DNA of 64,000 nucleotides, from IMG/VR virus record IMGVR_UViG_3300028831_000378, positions 1 to 64,000 of that record. One strand, given 5' to 3'. This document shows, piece by piece, positions 58,355 to 64,000 of this stretch (its first letter is position 1; the number at the start of each line of letters is the position of its first letter). The notes under the pieces are model-generated. The model was not told the DNA's origin and made no database searches. It saw only the letters and a program-made list of their open reading frames with translations. Made by a program: the position numbers and the translations under genes. This DNA comes from a virus.

Positions 58355-59896
58355 CTACGCGGCGGCCTGCTGCGGCGCCGCGTACTCCTCCGCCAGCGCC
58401 GCGATCTCGTCGTCTGAGACGTACACAGCTCGGACGGCGACGATCCCGCGTTTCTTGTCGTTCCACGCGAACCCGCGGCCCGGCTGATCGCGCAGGATCC
58501 GGTCGCACCGGATGCCGCTCGCCGCGGCGCCCTGCCAGAACATCATGTCCGTGTACTGCGCGGACAGCAGCCGCAGCGCGATCCGGTCCGGGATCTCGTC
58601 GCGCATGTCGACGACTTCCTTCCGCGGATTCTGGAGCGCGCCTAGCAGCGTGATCCCGACAGCGCGGCCCTTGTTCACGAGGAGCGTCGTCGCCATCTTG
58701 CACTCGTCGGCGATGTCCTTCGCGGCCTTCGCCTTCGACTCCGGGACCATGATCGACGCGAACTCGTCGATCATCAGCAGGATCAGCGGCTCGTCGATCG
58801 TGGGGACGTGCTGGCGCGTGGACTCCTTGTACTTCTGAGTGCGCGCGTTCATCTCCGTCACGAGGTCGGCGAGCATGTCGCGCATGTCCTTCGGCGTGCT
58901 GTCGCAGTAGCGCGTGTAGAGCGGGAAGCCGCGATACAGCTCCATCCCGCCCTTCGGGTCGATCGCCCATACCTGCACGAGGCCGTCGCGGATCGCGGGC
59001 GCCAGTCCCTTCAGGACCGACCACAGGATCGAGCCCTTCCCCGATCCGGTGAGGCCGGCGACGAGGATGTGCGAGCCGTGCAGCTTCAGCGTCCAGCGTT
59101 CGCCCTGCTCGGTCCGACCGACCGGGATGGCGCCGAAGTCAACGTCTGCGGTCGACTCCGGTACGGGGATCGCGGGTAGCGACTCGCTGAGGACGTCCTT
59201 TGTCGCGAACTCCATCACGATCTGGCCGGGGATGCGCTGGCCGCCGGCGTGCTTTCCCCACGCGAGCCGGCGCCGGCCCACGCTGTCGAGGATCCACATG
59301 AGCCGCAGCAGGCGGCCGGGGTCGCTGTAGCGCGGGTAGACGCGGCAGGACTGAGCGCCGAAGGCTTCAGCGAACGCGTCGACCCGGCGTTCGTACATCT
59401 CGACGGTGTGCGCCGCGAGCATCTTGACCTGCAACGTGTGACCGAACGGGCCGACGATCACCTTCCGAATCTTCGGCACCTTGTCGCGCCGGTGCTCCAA
59501 GGGAACGGTGAGCATGTTCTCCTGCATCTCTTCGTGCCACTTACGGGCGTAGACGCGCCGGGCGACCCACCACGGCCGTAGCCACGAACCGATCCAGCGT
59601 TCCCACGAGCCCCACCGTGCGATCCATTGCGCCCATCGCCGGCGCGGCCGGCGGAAGAAGCCGGAGCACCACGCGAACGTCCACCACGCGGAGACGAAGA
59701 CCACGACGTCGATCCCGAGCCCGATCGCAGTGCGCGGTCCGAAGAGCACGACGAGCGCGCCGGCGAGCACGATCGCGAGGGCGCGCTGCGGGAACCACCA
59801 CGCGTAGAGCACGACGAGCACGATCGTCTGCACGAGCCAGATGACGGGAACGACGATCCAGTCGCCGATACTCACGAGCGTCCCCTCCGAAGCCAC
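58355..59896 (-). CDS. FtsK/SpoIIIE-family (TraB-like) DNA translocase ATPase with N-terminal TM segments
   Basis: Walker A GLTGSGKGS and Walker B LLMIDEF. Three to four N-terminal TM helices. GTG start. Converges on rusA with only a 2-nt gap. Confidence 0.8.
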   Translation of the reverse strand: MASEGTLVSIGDWIVVPVIWLVQTIVLVVLYAWWFPQRALAIVLAGALVVLFGPRTAIGLGIDVVVFVSAWWTFAWCSGFFRRPRRRWAQWIARWGSWERWIGSWLRPWWVARRVYARKWHEEMQENMLTVPLEHRRDKVPKIRKVIVGPFGHTLQVKMLAAHTVEMYERRVDAFAEAFGAQSCRVYPRYSDPGRLLRLMWILDSVGRRRLAWGKHAGGQRIPGQIVMEFATKDVLSESLPAIPVPESTADVDFGAIPVGRTEQGERWTLKLHGSHILVAGLTGSGKGSILWSVLKGLAPAIRDGLVQVWAIDPKGGMELYRGFPLYTRYCDSTPKDMRDMLADLVTEMNARTQKYKESTRQHVPTIDEPLILLMIDEFASIMVPESKAKAAKDIADECKMATTLLVNKGRAVGITLLGALQNPRKEVVDMRDEIPDRIALRLLSAQYTDMMFWQGAAASGIRCDRILRDQPGRGFAWNDKKRGIVAVRAVYVSDDEIAALAEEYAAPQQAAA

Positions 59897-60306
59897 GCAC
59901 GGTAGGTCGGGCCGATCTTCGCGCCGTAGGACGCGAGTTCGCGCTCAGCGTGGTTAGCGCGGTCGGCGGCCCACTTGGCGCCGTCCGCAGCGATCTTCGC
60001 CGCGTCGGCGGCGTGCTCGGCGGCGTTGGCGTAGCGCTGCGCGTCGCGGGTGGCTTCGCGTCGCTCGTCGGCGTAGGAGTACGGATCGACGACGGCGGCG
60101 CTGTCGCACTTGTGCGCGGCCTGACGCGCGTGAGCCGCCGCCTGATCGGCTTCAGCTACGCATCGTGCGACGTCGCCTTCGAGATCAGCATCGACGGAGA
60201 CGGTGGACGTGATCGAGCGTGCGCGGGCCGCTTCACGGTCGGCGCGTTGCACTGCCGCTCGGGCACGGCGACGCGCTTCGACTCGTTCCTGCGACCCGCG
60301 CGCCAT
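59872..60306 (-). CDS. hypothetical helical Ala-rich protein
   Basis: ORF-track frame. Its 3' end overlaps the FtsK-like start by 25 nt. Confidence 0.55.
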   Translation of the reverse strand: MARGSQERVEARRRARAAVQRADREAARARSITSTVSVDADLEGDVARCVAEADQAAAHARQAAHKCDSAAVVDPYSYADERREATRDAQRYANAAEHAADAAKIAADGAKWAADRANHAERELASYGAKIGPTYRAWLRRGRS

Positions 60307-60309
60307 TCG

Positions 60310-60831
60310 TCAAGGCGCAGCGACGAGCCGGTAGCGCTGGCCGTTGCAGTAGGGGCGGAGCTGTCCGCCCATGCTTGCGCCCTGCGCGCCGTTCGGGCGA
60401 GCGGGGACGTACCGGATGTCCGCCGCGTTGGTCGAGCGGCCCTCCGCGGGCGGGTACTCGTCGCGCGCCTTCCCGGGCCGCGTCTTCGTGACGCCGGCGA
60501 GCCGAAACGCGGCCTGTCGGCGCTGGTCTTCGCCGGTGTCGTTCTTCACGAGCACGACGGGCCAGCGCTTGCCGTCATCGACGATCGTCTTCCCGTCGCT
60601 GAGCGTGTTGCGGCCGTGGCGAGCATCGACGATGTGACGCCAGTTGTCCGGGTACTTCGACACGGACACACGAATCGGTATGACGCGATCGGGTTCGCAT
60701 CGTGAGTAGCCCTCCGCGTGAGCGGCCGCCATCTTCGCACGGGGACTCTCGAACTGCGCCCAATACCACGAGTAGGCGAACGAGCCGGCGAAGAAGAGGA
60801 CGACGAGGCGCGCGCGCAGAGAGAGCCCCAT
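60310..60831 (-). CDS. NucA/NucB-like DNase with N-terminal membrane anchor or signal
   Basis: GGGAGGG RBS then ATG 60831. TM segment LRARLVVLFFAGSFAYSWYW. ARDEYPPAEGRS...IRYVPARPNGAQGASMG matches the DNase_NucA_NucB DEYPfA...N..qG core by eye. Confidence 0.6.
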   Translation of the reverse strand: MGLSLRARLVVLFFAGSFAYSWYWAQFESPRAKMAAAHAEGYSRCEPDRVIPIRVSVSKYPDNWRHIVDARHGRNTLSDGKTIVDDGKRWPVVLVKNDTGEDQRRQAAFRLAGVTKTRPGKARDEYPPAEGRSTNAADIRYVPARPNGAQGASMGGQLRPYCNGQRYRLVAAP

Positions 60832-61241
60832 CAGCGCGACCCTCCCGGCGACGAGCGCTGCGGACGGTCCTGCCGGCCGTCGAGATGCGGACCCACGTTG
60901 AACTCCGAGCCACGCTGCCACGGAGGCGTCGTCTGCGGCGAAGGCGCCCGTCCCGCGAACGCGAGAAACCAGATGGTCACGACGACGGTAGCCGCGATCG
61001 AGATGTAGAACGCGACGAGAGCGGGCCAGCTCCGACGCCGCTCAGCAGGGGGAGCCGAAGGCACCTGCTGCTCGTAGTAGCCCGGAGGCGGCTCGTGACG
61101 AACGACCACCTCGTGAATCACACGCTCAGAGGGCGCCACAGAGCCACTGGAGCGCCTGGGAGCAACCGGGCGGGCCACCACGTCGCCTTCGACGATCTCA
61201 CCGTGGAGAACGGGCCTGCGCTGCGGCAGCCGAGACTTCAC
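60831..61241 (-). CDS. membrane protein (single TM)
   Basis: GTG start. WPALVAFYISIAATVVVTIWFLAF. TGATG coupling to the nuclease gene. Confidence 0.55.
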   Translation of the reverse strand: MKSRLPQRRPVLHGEIVEGDVVARPVAPRRSSGSVAPSERVIHEVVVRHEPPPGYYEQQVPSAPPAERRRSWPALVAFYISIAATVVVTIWFLAFAGRAPSPQTTPPWQRGSEFNVGPHLDGRQDRPQRSSPGGSR

Positions 61242-61350
61242 GATGACCCGCCGATCTGAGAGGTGCTGCGGGGCCAGCGTCCGCCGCGGCGGCTAGGCGG
61301 GCGAAGCCCTGAGCCTAGCCGAGGCCGCCGTTCGGCGTGACGCGTCGGGT

Positions 61351-61471
61351 GGTTTGTGGGGGTTTGGGACTCGGGCATGGTTCCTCCGGTGTTGGTGGTT
61401 TGGAGGTTACGGGGTGGGGACGTCGTGTTGCCGGCGCGTGGGGTCGCGTCGGTCGGTTTGTGCGGGGTTTG
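61351..61471. repeat. GGTTTG iteron-like repeats in a non-coding region
   Basis: GGTTTG at 61351, 61361, 61397, 61455 and 61466. Two pairs are spaced 10-11 bp apart. The region is G/T-rich, unlike the flanking DNA. Confidence 0.5.
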
Positions 61472-61585
61472 TGTGCCCGGGTAGGGTGGGCTGTGGACGG
61501 GGAGCCGCTGTGGCGCTAGCACGCAGAGGGGGCGGCCACGGCGGGACGCGGCGAGCCTGCTAGGGGGCGGCGAACGCGTGTTCGG

Positions 61586-61930
61586 CTAGCGGAGGAGGTG
61601 GGGGAGTTCGGGGACGATGTGGGCGAGGAGGAGGACGGCTGTGATGCCGAGGGTGAGGGCGAGGAGGGGTTCGAGGGTGGCTTGGAGGGGTGTGGCGCGG
61701 CGGTAGCGGCGGCTGAAGGGGTGGCGGCGTTTCGCGGGTCGGCGTTTCGCGGGTGCCTTGGGCTTTGGCTTCGCGGCGGGTTTCGGGGCTGGCCGCGGCG
61801 CCGGCGTCACGACGATGGTTGGCGGCGGGTCGGGTGTGTCGCCGGTGAGGACGAGGATGGTCGTCTCGGGCTCGCCGAAGATGTCGGCGGCGGTGGGGGT
61901 GGCGGGTGGCTGTGGTGGGCGGCGGCGCAT
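61586..61930 (-). CDS. Pro/Lys-rich protein with C-terminal TM anchor
   Basis: TAATG coupling with the upstream gene. C-terminal LLALTLGITAVLLLAHIV. Confidence 0.5.
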   Translation of the reverse strand: MRRRPPQPPATPTAADIFGEPETTILVLTGDTPDPPPTIVVTPAPRPAPKPAAKPKPKAPAKRRPAKRRHPFSRRYRRATPLQATLEPLLALTLGITAVLLLAHIVPELPHLLR

Positions 61931-62196
61931 TAGAGGAGGGTGGGGCGGTTGCAGTGGGTGTGGTTGGCGGCGAACATCGCGGGGATGTCGGCGGCGAAGA
62001 CGGTGGTGTGGCGGCCGCGGCGTTCGGTGGTGCCGCAGCCGTGGCAGGTGAGTTGCCAGCCGTAGCGGTAGCCGTCTGTGCGGGTGATGAGTGCGGCGGT
62101 GACGGTGGGGCTGCCGGGGACGGGGCGGGGGGTGCCGATGGTGTGGCGGCCGAGGAGGGTGTTTTCGATTGCGTGGTCGGGGGTCGGCATGATCAT
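61930..62196 (-). CDS. hypothetical protein (88 aa)
   Basis: Only the C-terminal part of ORF 61930-62805 looks protein-like (MIMPTPDHAIENTLLGRH...CHGCG...). GGAG lies upstream of ATG 62190/62196. Confidence 0.45.
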   Translation of the reverse strand: MIMPTPDHAIENTLLGRHTIGTPRPVPGSPTVTAALITRTDGYRYGWQLTCHGCGTTERRGRHTTVFAADIPAMFAANHTHCNRPTLL

Positions 62197-62483
62197 CGGC
62201 TCCGGAGTGCCCATGCGGTGAGGGCGAGGCCGGTGGGGGTGCGGACGGTGCCGGTCGGCTGATCTTCGATGTCGAGGTAGCCGGGGATGCCTACGGCGGT
62301 GAGGTTGGCGATGATGGTGGGGCGGGTGCGGAGGTCGGGTCGTCCGGGGCGGTAGTCGGCGGCGTGGGCGGCGCGGCGTGCGGCGGCTTGTGCGGTGCGG
62401 TGGGCGTGGCGCCAGTAGCGGCGTTGGCGGCGGAGGGTGTCGCCGGTGGTGGTGGGGCGTGGGGCGAAGAGGTTGCGGAGCAT
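62193..62483 (-). CDS. hypothetical protein (96 aa)
   Basis: ORF-track frame. Stop overlaps the next start. Confidence 0.45.
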   Translation of the reverse strand: MLRNLFAPRPTTTGDTLRRQRRYWRHAHRTAQAAARRAAHAADYRPGRPDLRTRPTIIANLTAVGIPGYLDIEDQPTGTVRTPTGLALTAWALRSR

Positions 62484-62498
62484 GGTCGCGGGGTCCGG

Positions 62499-62912
62499 TT
62501 AGCTGCGCTGGTGGGCGCCGGGGTTTGCCACGGGGTCTTCGTCGTACAGGGCGACGAGGCCGGAGCCGGCGAGGTCGGCGCGCCAGTAGCCGTTTGGCAG
62601 CAGCTCGACGCGGCGTGCGGTGGTGGGGCGGCCGCGGTAGCGGACTGTGCAGTGGGTGTAGGTGGTGGGCGCTGGCGTGTCGTCGAGCTGGAGGCGCATG
62701 TCGAGCTGGTAGAGCTGCTGTGCGAGGAGGTCGCGAAGTTGTGTCTGCGCCTGGGCGAACTGCTCGTCGGTCATGCGGTAGCCGTTGGCGTGCGCGACGC
62801 GGCACAGCAGGGACTCGGCGGCGTCGTCGGCGAGGCTGGCGGAGTTGGCGTCGCGTTGGGCGACGGGAATCGAGAGCGGCATGGTGATCTCCGTGATGGG
62901 TGACTCGGGCAT
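62499..62912 (-). CDS. hypothetical protein, first gene of reverse cassette (leaderless start candidate)
   Basis: ATG 62912 lies 6 nt after a minus-strand TATCAT (62919-62924) and begins ATGCCCGAGT. An alternative is ATG 62882, preceded by GGAG. Confidence 0.55.
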   Translation of the reverse strand: MPESPITEITMPLSIPVAQRDANSASLADDAAESLLCRVAHANGYRMTDEQFAQAQTQLRDLLAQQLYQLDMRLQLDDTPAPTTYTHCTVRYRGRPTTARRVELLPNGYWRADLAGSGLVALYDEDPVANPGAHQRS

Positions 62913-62918
62913 AGCCCT

Positions 62919-62937
62919 ATGATAACGGAGTTATCGC
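62919..62937. promoter_or_regulatory. divergent control region with perfect palindrome GATAAC-gga-GTTATC
   Basis: Palindrome at 62921-62935. Minus-strand -10 TATCAT at 62919-62924 and plus-strand TATCGC at 62932-37. Confidence 0.55.
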
Positions 62938-63038
62938 TGCGTAGCAAGGGTTTCGAGGTGGATTCGGGGACGGTTTCGGGTGCTTTGGGGGTCGCGGTTA
63001 GCCTGTCGATGGACCCTGATTTGAGGAGGCGAAGGTGT

Positions 63039-63386
63039 ATGGCTGATCCCGTTGTGCCGCCTGCCCGTCCGGTGTTGCCGGAGCGTCCGGCGGCGAAGGT
63101 GCCGGAGTTGCCGTGGGCGACGCGGAAGGCGCTCGCTGGGCAGTGGCCGGAGTTGGAGGAGACGGTGAGCGCGGGTATCGCGTGGGCTCCGGCGGAAGCG
63201 GAGTGGCAGGCGTTGCGCGCGGTGGCGTGGGTGCAGGCGAAGGCCGACGCGGTGTTCGAGGTCGCGCCGGCGAAGATCGCGGAGGGTCGGGCGTGGCTGG
63301 ATCAGCGGCTCGGCGCGGCGTGGGTGGGCGTGAAGGCGTGGGTGCGGAAGTACCTGGGCCTGAAGGCGGAGAAGCCGGCGAAGTAG
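63039..63386 (+). CDS. hypothetical protein
   Basis: GAGGAGG RBS then ATG 63039. The upstream part of ORF 62919 spans the operator. Confidence 0.55.
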   Translation: MADPVVPPARPVLPERPAAKVPELPWATRKALAGQWPELEETVSAGIAWAPAEAEWQALRAVAWVQAKADAVFEVAPAKIAEGRAWLDQRLGAAWVGVKAWVRKYLGLKAEKPAK

Positions 63387-63410
63387 TTCGCGGCCGGGAC
63401 GTTCGAGCGG

Positions 63411-63438
63411 GGTATCGGCTGCGGGCGGGCCGTACCCT
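63411..63438 (+). promoter_or_regulatory. late-type promoter, copy 5 (head operon)
   Basis: GGTATCGG at 63411-63418. ATC, then 16 nt, then TACCCT at 63433-63438. GTG 63446 lies 7 nt downstream. Confidence 0.55.
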
Positions 63439-63445
63439 CTCGGGC

Positions 63446-64000
63446 GTGGACGGCGACGAGAACGCGGCGCTGACGTTCGACGAGATCCGGCTGTTCGGGC
63501 CGGTCGTGGAGTCGGTCGTGTGGACTCCGGCGTTCATCGCGGAGCGCCGCGCGCCGATCGCGGTGCAGGCGGGCCGGCCGAAGCTGGGGCCGGTCTTCAA
63601 CTCGGAGGGCGTCGGGAAGGCCGTGATGATCCGGCCGTGCGTGTCGCGGGGGAAGCGGATTCGGGGGCTGCCGCCGATCTACACGCCGAAGATGCTGGAG
63701 GCGAACGCGGGCGTGTTCGCGGGCTGGCCGATGTATCTCGATCACGTGCCGGCGCAGCTCGCGGAGACGGCGGCGAAGCGAGGGCGTTCGGTGAAGGAGT
63801 TGGGCGGGCAGGTCTTGACGCCGTATTGGGATCGCGACTTCACGCAGGAGGGCGACGCGGACTTCGGGTATCAGCAGGGCGGCGCGCTCGCGGAGATTTG
63901 GGCGACGCCGTTTCTGCGGAGCCTCGTCGGCGAGAACCCGAACCTGCTGCACACGAGCATCGCGGCGTGGCCGACGTCGGGTAAGCCGGGGACGGCGCCG
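63446..64000 (+). CDS. head-module protein, possibly prohead protease/scaffold (3' end outside window)
   Basis: Frame is open from GTG 63446 to the window edge, so it is absent from the ORF track. WPMYLDHVP...RSVKELGGQVL resembles Mu gpI-type protease/scaffold N-termini (weak). Confidence 0.5.
   Translation, partial: MDGDENAALTFDEIRLFGPVVESVVWTPAFIAERRAPIAVQAGRPKLGPVFNSEGVGKAVMIRPCVSRGKRIRGLPPIYTPKMLEANAGVFAGWPMYLDHVPAQLAETAAKRGRSVKELGGQVLTPYWDRDFTQEGDADFGYQQGGALAEIWATPFLRSLVGENPNLLHTSIAAWPTSGKPGTAP

Noticed and set aside
61238-61522. 94-aa minus-strand ORF, and its internal 46-codon version starting at ATG 61377 with a GGAGGAA RBS.
   Set aside because: Many A/T-ending codons look atypical for this genome, the composition is Pro/Arg/Thr-rich, and the frame overlaps a hairpin and repeats. 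It is kept only as a note in the non-coding-island finding.
1-64000. Prophage boundaries, att sites, an integrase or repressor, and tRNA genes.
   Set aside because: I could not find a tyrosine/serine recombinase motif set, a CI/Cro-like HTH, direct repeats at plausible ends, or cloverleaf-capable segments. Both window edges cut through phage-like genes, so no boundary can be claimed.

Overview
This high-GC window (about 70% by eye) is filled almost edge to edge with phage genes. I count about 105 tightly packed CDS. All are on the + strand except one divergent 4.5-kb cassette at 58355-62912. Many gene junctions are 1- or 4-nt start/stop overlaps (TGATG, ATGA, GTGA).

Modules recognised by reading motifs in the translations:
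- GpA-type large terminase (10625-12532).
- Portal plus SPP1-gp7/Mu-F-like head morphogenesis protein (26799-30415).
- A complete PBSX/Xkd-like contractile-tail block (33828-48525): sheath, tube, G/GT chaperone with a GGGAAAC -1 frameshift, tape measure, LysM protein, baseplate and fibre.
- Lysis genes (48550-49839).
- Recombination module with RecT, a PD-(D/E)XK exonuclease and an HNH-like nuclease (50028-53713).
- Replication module with a wHTH initiator, a DnaC-like loader, a PP-loop/PAPS-reductase-like protein and RusA (54518-58352).
- The start of a probable head protease/scaffold gene running off the 3' edge (63446-).

I found no integrase, repressor, small terminase, major capsid gene, tRNA or CRISPR array, so no prophage ends can be called. 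The host is probably Actinomycetota. This is an inference from the mIHF-like gene, the TraB-like FtsK ATPase, the TAnnnT -10 boxes and the leaderless starts.

The most interesting signals are regulatory and lie outside the genes:
1. Seven copies of an early promoter carry a 15-bp dyad GATmAy-N3-GTTATC, followed by an invariant TACCCGAGT box and a GAAGGAG RBS.
2. Five late promoters, GG(G/T)ATCG-N13-TAnnnT with identical spacing, feed leaderless or near-leaderless GTG/ATG starts of every structural operon.
3. A roughly 100-nt terminator-bounded non-coding unit, and also the terminase 5' end, carry the exact reverse complement of the early leader box.
4. The reverse-strand cassette combines a TraB/FtsK-like ATPase, a membrane-anchored NucA/NucB-like DNase and small membrane proteins, next to a non-coding GGTTTG-repeat region.

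All functional calls come from recognising motifs by eye. No database search was possible.
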